In this document: piece after piece, positions 39,605 through 47,712 of the stretch
Numbering within the stretch: the first letter of the stretch is position 1
How the letters are laid out: every line of letters starts with the position of its first letter
Source: Armatimonadota bacterium
Lineage (GTDB): Bacteria; Armatimonadota; Hebobacteria; CAIYQO01
Direction: 5' to 3'
NCBI GenBank assembly: GCA_038248345.1
Contig: JBBRXO010000009.1
Span: 1 to 47,712, forward strand
Length of the DNA: 47,712 nt
Notes under the pieces: generated by a model
Databases searched by the model: none
Seen by the model: the letters and a program-made list of their open reading frames with translations, nothing else
Told to the model about the DNA's origin: nothing
Made by a program: the position numbers and the translations under genes

Positions 39605-40924
39605 TTATTTGATTCCGGGAGCCGGTAATACGTGCGGCATAGTTACGATAAGATAATAATGCGTGAAGTAGGCACGTGCCACGCGCTGCAAATCATCCGC
39701 AGTCACGGCATCAATTTGAGCGGAGTATCGCTGGTCCGCTGTCGTACCCTGCCCGATTAGTTCGTACCAGCCGAGGTCGAAGGCCAGTTGACTGCTATAT
39801 TGGTGAGAGAGCAGATAGCGGCTCTTAAGATATGCCCGGGCGCGTGCCAGCTCCTCATCGGTAACCTTTTCCGTCTGCACTTTGGCGAGTTCTGCTACCA
39901 ATGCAGATTTCGTTGCTTCCATGTAGCGGGCTTCGGTGAGCGCATATACGGCAAATTCGCTGCTATTGGCTTGTATCGGGTAATTGGTTGATACGTCGTA
40001 GGCGAGTCGCTTATCCTCACGTATGTTGCGAAACAGGCGCGAGCCAGTGCCGCCGGAGAGCAGACTCTCTAGAACACGTAATGGTACTGAATCGGGGTTT
40101 GCTGCACCACAAACTGGGAAGGCCAACATGACGCAGGTATTGCTTACCGACTCTTCTTTCAGTATCAATTTGGTTGCCCGCAATTCAGCAGGTTCATCTG
40201 TGTAACGTGCAGGAGGCAAGGCCACCGCCGGTGTTAGCCAGTTACCGAATGCCCCCTGCGCCAGCAGGCGGACGTCATCGGCATCGCAGCGTCCGGCTAC
40301 ACTGATGATAGTGCGGCTTGGGGTGACAAAATGCTGATATGCCCAGCGTACGGTGGCTGGATTCTTGCGTAGTAATGATTCGGGAGTGCCATGGGCCGAG
40401 GCAGAGTAGGGGTGGCGGGCGAAAAGGTTATTGCGAGCGATATCATCAGCGATAACCAGCGCGCCTACAGATGGCTGCTGCGCATAGAGTTGCTGCAGTT
40501 GTATTGCAGCGTTGATCCCTGCATCGGACAGCACTGGGTGTGTCAGCACCTCGGTGAGGTTATTCAGTGCAGTGACGAAACCATCTGCCGGGATGGAGAT
40601 GGTGATTTCCAGCATATCTGGGTGTACCTGGCTTTGCATGGTGCCGCCCGCCGCGGTGAGGGTACGCCGGAGCGATGCCGCATTCTCCAACTCTGATCCT
40701 TGCATCATGGCATCAAGTAAGACAGCCCGCAGTCCCAGCAAGTTCGGTTGTTCATCTAATGCTGAATAGTCGATCAGCACGGTGATAGCCACCATCTGCG
40801 AGGCAGTGGTGGAAGTGGTTATCAAGCGCACACCGTTATCCAACTTCTCCAGCTGCTGGGAGCGTGTGGTGCAGGTAAATATCAGCAGCAGAAGCGCCAA
40901 CGGCAACAAACGTAGCATCTTCAT
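39605..40924 (-). CDS. M16 family peptidase-like subunit lacking HxxEH
   Basis: LDNGVR, SRLFRNIREDKRLAY, IDAVTADDLQRVA; signal peptide. Confidence 0.85.
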   Translation of the reverse strand: MKMLRLLPLALLLLIFTCTTRSQQLEKLDNGVRLITTSTTASQMVAITVLIDYSALDEQPNLLGLRAVLLDAMMQGSELENAASLRRTLTAAGGTMQSQVHPDMLEITISIPADGFVTALNNLTEVLTHPVLSDAGINAAIQLQQLYAQQPSVGALVIADDIARNNLFARHPYSASAHGTPESLLRKNPATVRWAYQHFVTPSRTIISVAGRCDADDVRLLAQGAFGNWLTPAVALPPARYTDEPAELRATKLILKEESVSNTCVMLAFPVCGAANPDSVPLRVLESLLSGGTGSRLFRNIREDKRLAYDVSTNYPIQANSSEFAVYALTEARYMEATKSALVAELAKVQTEKVTDEELARARAYLKSRYLLSHQYSSQLAFDLGWYELIGQGTTADQRYSAQIDAVTADDLQRVARAYFTHYYLIVTMPHVLPAPGIK

Positions 40925-42246
40925 AACCCCGCCCCTTTATCAATAGTTTTGCCCACCGTGACCTGGGCGATGTGATATATCGGAACGGCAACACGCAAGC
41001 GATCAATATTGCACTCTTGCAGTTGTTGAATATATCGGCATGCCCATTGCGCGCCCCCCAGTCCTTCATAATAGGATAGTGTAGACGCTTGTGCGCTGTA
41101 GGTTTCATTTGAGCGTAAAAATTGTGCTGCCAGCCGCTGTTGGGCCAGCCGCAACGCTGCTGGTGGTAGATTGCCCAGTCCCACCTGATCGAGGAGCGCT
41201 AATGTCGATTCACGGATTTTATCTACCGCGACAGGGGCGCATTGCATCCAGAAAATGATGCGCCCTGGTGCATGGGTGCTGGTGAATTCACCACCGAAGT
41301 TGGTCACTCGCAGGCCATCTTTCGCCCACCATTGCGGAAGCAACGCGTCATGGCCGTCTGCCAGCATAGTCACCAACAGGTCGGTAGCCACCATGGCGTT
41401 AAAATTACTACTCGGTGGGGCAGCAAAAGCCAACCCCAGGTAAGTGTCCTGCAGTGTCGAGGGGAACTTAGCCGTTTTCGCTTCACCAGGGCCAGCAATT
41501 TCTATCTCTGGTGGATTGGGTAATTCGGCAGGTTTGGCATCGCCGAAATATTTAGTAGCCAATTCTGTCGCGCTCTTCAGTGAGATATCACCTACCAGCA
41601 CGATGCTCATATTGTTGGGGACATACCAGCGATTATGGAAGGCGCGCACATCGGTTGCCTTCAAGGCCAGCACATCTTCCAGCGCGCCGGTAACCAGGTC
41701 ACGATAGGGGTAATGCTTATAGCTGAGTTTATTGACTTCGTTCGTTACCGTGGCCTGGGGATTGTCAGTATTCTGGGCAATCTCCGCCAGGATTAGCGGA
41801 CGTTCATGCTTGAAAGCTTCGTCGGTCAACAATGGATTCAGGGTGATATCTGCCAGCACGCGTACCATCAAATCGGCCTGTTCGCTGGTGGCCGCCGCTT
41901 CAAAGCGGGTAAGATCAAATGAGGTGGTAGCATTGCTGATGGCACCAACTTGTTCCATAACGTATTGCGGTTCCAGCGGCTTCGGGTAATTCTTTGTCCC
42001 CTGGAAGACCATGTGTTCGACGTAGTGTGAAAGTCCGCGTGCATCTTCTTCTGCCCCGGAGCCGCCACGAACCACCACGTTGATGGCGACGATCGGGAGC
42101 GAATGATCCTCGCGTACCACCACCCGCATTCCGTTCGGCAAGGTAGCAGTGCTCACCGATTTCTCCGGGAAGGGATTAGGTAACGCCTGCCCCCCCACAG
42201 CCCCCGCCAACACCAATAATAATATCGTACCAATATGTCGAAGCAT
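40921..42246 (-). CDS. M16 family zinc peptidase (catalytic subunit)
   Basis: TLPNGMRV, GLSHYVEHMVFQGT, WYVPNNM; signal peptide. Confidence 0.9.
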   Translation of the reverse strand: MLRHIGTILLLVLAGAVGGQALPNPFPEKSVSTATLPNGMRVVVREDHSLPIVAINVVVRGGSGAEEDARGLSHYVEHMVFQGTKNYPKPLEPQYVMEQVGAISNATTSFDLTRFEAAATSEQADLMVRVLADITLNPLLTDEAFKHERPLILAEIAQNTDNPQATVTNEVNKLSYKHYPYRDLVTGALEDVLALKATDVRAFHNRWYVPNNMSIVLVGDISLKSATELATKYFGDAKPAELPNPPEIEIAGPGEAKTAKFPSTLQDTYLGLAFAAPPSSNFNAMVATDLLVTMLADGHDALLPQWWAKDGLRVTNFGGEFTSTHAPGRIIFWMQCAPVAVDKIRESTLALLDQVGLGNLPPAALRLAQQRLAAQFLRSNETYSAQASTLSYYEGLGGAQWACRYIQQLQECNIDRLRVAVPIYHIAQVTVGKTIDKGAGL

Positions 42247-42363
42247 ATTTTACCTCATGCCAGATCAACGTCCAACGTAACCCACGCTGTAACCATATCT
42301 CTATCTGCGTTCCCATGGGCGTCATTCGAGAACCGCATGATCTATGAGACGCCCATTCCACGA

Positions 42364-42411
42364 ACCTATAGACCTATAGACCTAAAGACCTAAAGACCTA
42401 AAGACCTAAAG
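42364..42411 (-). repeat. Six-unit 8-nt tandem repeat beginning at the proB stop codon
   Basis: Plus strand (ACCTATAG)x2 (ACCTAAAG)x4. Confidence 0.95.
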
Positions 42412-43554
42412 TATCAGCAAATTATCCCGGTGTATCGCCTCATCATATGGGTGATATCCGAGTAGTTCTTCAATCTGTGCTGTTTTTTTGCCCGCGATAA
42501 TCGTCATTTCGTCGGTGGTGTAATTCACCAGCCCGTGCGCTATTTCCCGGCCCTCGGGGTTGATGACAGATACTACATCACCGGCACGGAAGTCGCCAGA
42601 TACCTCTTTTATTCCCACAGGAAGCAGGCTCGAACCACATTGCAACAACGCCTTCGCTGCACCCGCATCTACGGTGATGATACCCCGTGGCGCTGCGGCG
42701 AATCCCAGCCATTGTTTGCGAGCAGCCAGGCGGCCATTCCCCCGGGCGGAGAAGAGTGTGCCAATCTGTTCACCATTCATGATCCCATGTATCACGCCCG
42801 GCCGGCGGCCCAGTGCCACCACCACATGTGTACCCATGCGGGTAGCTATTTTGGCGGCAGTGATCTTCGAGCGCATCCCACCACGGCCAACGCCGCTGGT
42901 GCTTCCTCCCGCCATATTTTCTAGTGCGCCCGTTATTTCGCGCACTTCGGGGATAATCGTCGCGTTTTCATTTATGCGTGGGTCAGCGGAATAGAGGCCG
43001 TCAACGTCGCTTAAGATGATCAGCAGATCGCACTGTACTTTACCAGCGATCAACGCCGCCAGCCGGTCATTCTCGCCAATCGACACACCTTCCACCGATA
43101 CCGAGTCATTCTCGTTGATAACCGGCACAACACGGTAGCGGTGCAGCATCGGCAACAACGTGTTGCGCACATGCAGATAACGCCGCCGGTCACTGATGTC
43201 ATCCCCCGTCAATAGCAACTGTCCGATGGTGCAGCCATGCTGGCGGAAAAGCGCGCTATAATGTGCAATCAGCTCTACCTGTCCCACCGCTGCCATCGCC
43301 TGCCGTGTGGAGAGGTCGGGCCGCGCCCCATCGTTAAGTCCCATCACCGTCAGTCCCAGCCGTACAGCGCCACTGGTGACCAGCAACACCTCACGACCCT
43401 CGCGCACCAGTGCGGCGATTTCGCCTACGATGCCGGCCAGCAACTCCTGATTAAACAGCCCCTCTGCTGTCGCCACCAGATTACTGCCAATTTTCACCAC
43501 AATACGGCGCGCCGAGCCCAGTTGCCCCCGCGCCAAGGATATTTCGTGACTCAC
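42406..43554 (-). CDS. proB: Glutamate 5-kinase with PUA domain
   Basis: VVKIGS, VTSGAV, INENDSV, GGMRSKI, IHRDNL. Start uncertain (GTG 43554 after GGGAG, or ATG 43575). Confidence 0.96.
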   Translation of the reverse strand: MSHEISLARGQLGSARRIVVKIGSNLVATAEGLFNQELLAGIVGEIAALVREGREVLLVTSGAVRLGLTVMGLNDGARPDLSTRQAMAAVGQVELIAHYSALFRQHGCTIGQLLLTGDDISDRRRYLHVRNTLLPMLHRYRVVPVINENDSVSVEGVSIGENDRLAALIAGKVQCDLLIILSDVDGLYSADPRINENATIIPEVREITGALENMAGGSTSGVGRGGMRSKITAAKIATRMGTHVVVALGRRPGVIHGIMNGEQIGTLFSARGNGRLAARKQWLGFAAAPRGIITVDAGAAKALLQCGSSLLPVGIKEVSGDFRAGDVVSVINPEGREIAHGLVNYTTDEMTIIAGKKTAQIEELLGYHPYDEAIHRDNLLIL

Positions 43555-43818
43555 ATCCACTCCCTTATTACTCATTATTACAACTATTCCCTCCCAGTGC
43601 TGAATATTCCTGCAAAAACACCGCACTATCGTAATCCCCTTCGTTTATCACATACCACTGCCGACTCTGGCACGGTGGTATTCACAGAGCAACGACAGTT
43701 AATGACAGGAATTTGGCATTTCCACAAATAATCTGCTACAATATCGGTACACTCAACCTGGGCGTGTTGCTTGTGTGCAGGGCGCTTGGGCCGGGGAGAC
43801 ATCTCGGAGGAATTGCAT

Positions 43819-45615
43819 ATGACCGCAAAATCACCTGAACGGTTATCCGTGCGGATGACCGGAGCAGCAGCACTGCTGGAGGGGTTGGCTCGTGAAGGCG
43901 TAGATATCGTCTTCGGCTATCCCGGTGGCGTGTTGCTTCCACTCTACGACGCCCTCTACGCTACCAGCATGCGCCATATATTGGTGCGGCACGAGCAGGG
44001 CGGCGCCCATGCGGCGGACGGCTACGCGCGCGCTACTGGCAAGGTGGGCGTGTGTATTGGCACCAGCGGACCGGGGGCCACTAATCTGGTCACGGGTATC
44101 GCCACCGCCTACATGGACTCAATCCCCATGGTCGCTATCACTGGCCAGGTAGTCACCAGTGGCATCGGCAAAGACAGTTTCCAGGAGGCTGATATCACCG
44201 GTATCACCATGCCCATCACCAAGCACAATTACTTGGTGAAGGACGTGGCTGACCTGCCGCGTATCGTCAAAGAAGCCTTTTATATCGCGCGCAGTGGCCG
44301 CCCCGGCCCGGTGCTGATTGACCTGCCCAAGGATATCACCACCAGCATGGTGGATGTAGACTGGGACAATATCCAGTTGCACTTGCGCGGCTACAAGCCC
44401 ACCGTGAAGGGCAATACCAAGATGATTCGCCGTGCGCTGGAGGTCATCCACGAGGCACGCCAGCCGGTGCTGATGGTGGGCGGTGGTATTATCCGTGCCA
44501 ATGCCGCCAGCGAGCTGACGCTGCTGGCGCATACGCTGGGCATCCCGGTGGCCAACACGCTGATGGGCAAGGGGGCCTTCCCCGATCTCGATCCGCTCTC
44601 GCTGGGCATCCCCGGTATGCACGGCACCGCCTATGCCAACCTGGCTATTGATCAGGCGGACTTGATTATCAACATCGGCGCGCGCTTCGATGACCGTATC
44701 ACTGGCGATGTGAAACGTTTCGCTCCCAATGCGCGCATCATCCATGTGGATGTCGACCCGGCGGAGATCGGCAAAGTGATGCCAACCGAAGTACCGGTGG
44801 TGGGCGATGCCAAGGTGGTGCTGCAGGAGTTGCTGGCGGAGATCGAAGCACAGGGGAAGACGTTCCCCGACTTCAGCGCCTGGCGTGCGCAGTGCGATGC
44901 CTGGAAGGTGCAGTACCCGCTGAAGTGGGGCACACTGACGGATACTCCGTGTGGCGGAGCCTGTGACGACGAAGGCCGGCGCAAGTGCGGCTCAATAGGA
45001 TGCCCGGGTGGGCACAATGGCATCAAGGCCCCGGCGGTGATCAGCGCGCTGGCGACGATCACCGAGAGCAATGCTATCCTCGTCACTGACGTGGGGCAAC
45101 ACCAGATGTGGGCGATGCAGTATTACCCAGTGAAACGGTCACACCAGTTCATTAGCAGCGCCGGACTGGGCACCATGGGCTACGGGCTGCCCGCCGCCAT
45201 CGGCGCACAGTTCGGCAACCCGGACACCGAGGTCTGGTTGATCACCGGCGACGGCAGCATTCAGATGAACAGCCAGGAGCTGGCTACCGCGGTGATCCAC
45301 AAGTTGCCCATCAAAATTGCGTTGATGGATAACGGCACACTGGGGATGGTACGCCAGTGGCAGCGCATGTTCTTCGGCGAGCGCTACTCGCAGGTGGGGC
45401 TGAATGTGGGGACACCGGACTTCGTGAAGTTGGCGGAAGCCTACGGCGCGGTGGGCATCCGCGTGACTGACCCATCCGAAGTGAATGCGGCCATAGAAAT
45501 GGCGCGTACGATCACTGATCGCCCAGTACTCATCGACTTCATTACCGATATGGAGGAGAACGTCTTCCCGATGATCCCTGCTGGCATGAGCGTGGCAGAG
45601 ATGATCACTGAATAA
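43819..45615 (+). CDS. ilvB: Acetolactate synthase large subunit
   Basis: FGYPGG, RHEQG, TSGPGATN, GARFDDR, GDGS...N. ATG 43819 after GGAGG. Confidence 0.96.
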   Translation: MTAKSPERLSVRMTGAAALLEGLAREGVDIVFGYPGGVLLPLYDALYATSMRHILVRHEQGGAHAADGYARATGKVGVCIGTSGPGATNLVTGIATAYMDSIPMVAITGQVVTSGIGKDSFQEADITGITMPITKHNYLVKDVADLPRIVKEAFYIARSGRPGPVLIDLPKDITTSMVDVDWDNIQLHLRGYKPTVKGNTKMIRRALEVIHEARQPVLMVGGGIIRANAASELTLLAHTLGIPVANTLMGKGAFPDLDPLSLGIPGMHGTAYANLAIDQADLIINIGARFDDRITGDVKRFAPNARIIHVDVDPAEIGKVMPTEVPVVGDAKVVLQELLAEIEAQGKTFPDFSAWRAQCDAWKVQYPLKWGTLTDTPCGGACDDEGRRKCGSIGCPGGHNGIKAPAVISALATITESNAILVTDVGQHQMWAMQYYPVKRSHQFISSAGLGTMGYGLPAAIGAQFGNPDTEVWLITGDGSIQMNSQELATAVIHKLPIKIALMDNGTLGMVRQWQRMFFGERYSQVGLNVGTPDFVKLAEAYGAVGIRVTDPSEVNAAIEMARTITDRPVLIDFITDMEENVFPMIPAGMSVAEMITE

Positions 45616-45633
45616 CAGGGAGAGGAGGAAACC

Positions 45634-46152
45634 ATGACGACAAATATCGCGGAAAATCCGCAACAGAAACATACTATCTCGGTACTGGTGGAGAACAAAC
45701 CGGGCGTGCTGGCACGCACCGCCTCCCTCTTCTCCCGGCGTGGCTTCAATATCGACAGCCTCACGGTGAGTGCTACCGAAGACCCGCACACCTCACGCAT
45801 GACCATCGTGGTGGTAGGGCCGGCGGATGTGCTGGAGCAGATCGGCAAGCAACTCTACAAGCTTATAGATGTCATCAAGGTGATGGATCACACCGACGAC
45901 GAGTTGATCAGCCGCGAGCTGGCGCTCATCAAAGTCCACACAGTCGATAGCGAAAAACGCGCTGAACTGATGCAGATGGTGGACATCTTCCGCGCCAAAA
46001 TCGTGGACATCGGTGATAAGACCATCATTATCGAAGCCACCGGCGTCGCCGACAAAATTGACGCGCTGGAACGCTTGCTGAAGAGCTACGGCATCAAAGA
46101 GATGGTGCGCAGCGGCCAGGTCTCGTTGGTTCGCGGGCTGAAGGCAACGTAG
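45634..46152 (+). CDS. ilvN: Acetolactate synthase small (regulatory) subunit
   Basis: HTISVLVENKPGVL, RRGFNIDSL, KQLYKLIDVIKV. Confidence 0.96.
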   Translation: MTTNIAENPQQKHTISVLVENKPGVLARTASLFSRRGFNIDSLTVSATEDPHTSRMTIVVVGPADVLEQIGKQLYKLIDVIKVMDHTDDELISRELALIKVHTVDSEKRAELMQMVDIFRAKIVDIGDKTIIIEATGVADKIDALERLLKSYGIKEMVRSGQVSLVRGLKAT

Positions 46153-46204
46153 TTTGCGCAGGATGAGTGTTTTGCCCATGAGAACGGGATTGCAGATCAG
46201 CGTG

Positions 46205-46261
46205 TAACTGTTCAGTGTTATCAGCGTATTTGTGCTGATAACACTGAACAGTTATGTTTTT
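46205..46261 (+). terminator. Long hairpin / terminator after ilvN
   Basis: Perfect 21-bp stem TAACTGTTCAGTGTTATCAGC / GCTGATAACACTGAACAGTTA followed by TGTTTTT. Confidence 0.7.
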
Positions 46262-46373
46262 CTCTCTTCGTGTTTTTGTGCCTTCGTGGTTTTCCCATTC
46301 CCAACAACCTTTCAAATTCTGCTACAATACGGCGAAGAAAGCTTTTGGTATTATTAATAAGCGGAGAAATAGC

Positions 46374-47378
46374 ATGGAATTAGCATTAGTGGGAGCTGGG
46401 CATATTCATATGCCGGGGTTTGTCAAAGAATTGAACGCTCGTAAAGAGCAGTTCAGTGTAAAATACGTGTGGGATCACGACTCCGCGCGGGCGGAGAAAT
46501 ACGCAGAGGAGTTGGGGGCTATTGCCATCAGTGATCTGGCGCTGGTGTGGAGTGATGCCAGTATTCCGGCGGTGATTATCTGCTCAGAGACCAACCGACA
46601 AGAAGTGTTAGTGCATTTAGCTGCGGCGGCCGGGAAGGCGATCTTCGCCGAGAAACCGTTAGGGATGGGGGCGGCAGACGGTTACTCAATGGCCACTGCG
46701 ATCGAGAAGGCGGGGGTGATGTTCCACACCGGCTATTTTATGCGTGGCTTTGCTGAGTTGATTTTTCTGCGCGAGCAGATTACTGCCGGTAGCTTCGGTC
46801 AGATAACGCGCATCCGTGGTTCCAATTGCCATTATGGCTCACTGAAAGGCTGGTTCGATGATGAATGGCGTTGGATGGCCGACCCGAGGGTAGCCGGGGT
46901 GGGGGCATTTGGCGATCTGGGCACGCACTCGCTGGATATCATGATCTGGCTGCTGGGTCGCGTCTCCAGCGTCACCGCCACAGTTGGCGTCGCCACCGGT
47001 CATTATGGCGATTGTGACGAATTCGGCGAAGGGATGATGCGTTTTGAGAACGGAGCCGTAGGAACATTAGCCTCTAGTTGGGTCGATATCGAAAATCCGA
47101 TAACTCTGCTCATCAGTGGTACCAAGGGTCATGCCTTTATCTGCCGGGGTGAATTATTCTTCAACAGTGAACTAGTGGAAGGCGCTGACGGCAAAACCCC
47201 GTGGAAGCAATTGCCGGAATACCAGTCCTCCGGGTTTAAACTCTATCTCGATAAACTCGCCGGACTCGATGTCCCCGGTGAATTAGTCACCGCACGGGAA
47301 GCCGCCTACCGCAGCGCAGTGATGGGCGCCATGTACGAGGGCGCGAAAAAGCAGACGTGGGTGGCACCGGTGGAGTAG
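46374..47378 (+). CDS. Gfo/Idh/MocA family oxidoreductase
   Basis: VGAGHIH, AEKPLG, GAFGDLGTHSLD. ATG 46374 after GGAG. Confidence 0.9.
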   Translation: MELALVGAGHIHMPGFVKELNARKEQFSVKYVWDHDSARAEKYAEELGAIAISDLALVWSDASIPAVIICSETNRQEVLVHLAAAAGKAIFAEKPLGMGAADGYSMATAIEKAGVMFHTGYFMRGFAELIFLREQITAGSFGQITRIRGSNCHYGSLKGWFDDEWRWMADPRVAGVGAFGDLGTHSLDIMIWLLGRVSSVTATVGVATGHYGDCDEFGEGMMRFENGAVGTLASSWVDIENPITLLISGTKGHAFICRGELFFNSELVEGADGKTPWKQLPEYQSSGFKLYLDKLAGLDVPGELVTAREAAYRSAVMGAMYEGAKKQTWVAPVE

Positions 47379-47556
47379 CGGGTGATCGTGCATATTGAAC
47401 TACTAAGATTGGTTATTAACAAATTATCGTAGGATGATATGCTAATGTGGGCTTCGCCCGAATTTCAATATCATACTCTAAATGAGGTAATTGCAAAACC
47501 TATTTTTAGTTTGTCCTAGGCACCGTTCAGGGGAAATGATGGCAAAGAAAGACCCA

Positions 47557-47632
47557 GCCCTGAAAGGGCGACATAACAAGCCGCCCTTTCAGGGCATGGC
47601 AGTTTTTGACACCCTTTACCCCGGGCGTTGCC
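47557..47632. repeat. REP-like palindrome plus a half-site related to the RAYT-flanking repeats
   Basis: Perfect 14-bp inverted repeat GCCCTGAAAGGGCG / CGCCCTTTCAGGGC, followed by CCCCGGGCGTTGCC at 47619-47632. Confidence 0.7.
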
Positions 47633-47712
47633 ATTCGGCAGGCTCATGACAGGCCCTAGGGAGCCCCTGAAAAACCCCTAATGAAAGATGAAATCTGAGA
47701 GGTTTTCCTGCA

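Noticed and set aside
42364..42411. CRISPR array (also considered for the heptamer arrays)
   Set aside because: The units are 7-8 nt and contiguous, with no spacers and no cas genes.
43627..43818. T-box or leader-peptide attenuator upstream of ilvB
   Set aside because: No T-box motif, Ile/Leu/Val-rich leader or terminator is visible; only a plausible promoter (TTGGCA...TGcTACAAT) is present.

Overview
A 47.7 kb bacterial chromosomal segment, mostly housekeeping genes. Two prepilin/H-X9-DG proteins with the signature ILAAILFPV(F/Y)SKAREKARQ suggest Armatimonadota; this is inference. In order: a large secreted Ig/IPT-repeat protein that runs off the left edge and is missing from the ORF track, two prepilin-type proteins, panC, lexA, a nitronate monooxygenase-family gene, a GH26-like gene, peptidase C26 and glgA. 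Next is a PyrR-attenuated pyrimidine operon (pyrR, pyrB with a fused PyrI-like Zn domain, pyrC, carA, carB split into two genes). Then follow a heterodimeric ABC exporter, a TIM-barrel gene, a lipoprotein, riboflavin synthase, a UroD-family gene, a GspE/PilB ATPase, hisF, an isoprenoid-type cluster (DUF116-polyprenyl synthase, prenyltransferase-beta-like, GT4, HAD, rseP, ispG), csrA, an M16 peptidase pair, proB, ilvBN and a Gfo/Idh/MocA oxidoreductase. The most striking signal lies in the pyr operon. Two 'four helix bundle' (23S rRNA IVP/bAvd-like) genes are each enclosed by long inverted arms built from cassette-specific 7-nt tandem repeats. The left arms overlap the upstream stop codon and the right arms abut or contain the downstream RBS, like an intervening sequence in mRNA. 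Unpaired 8-nt repeat arrays sit at other gene ends. A REP-flanked Y1 transposase plus a Dabb gene separate the two halves of carB.
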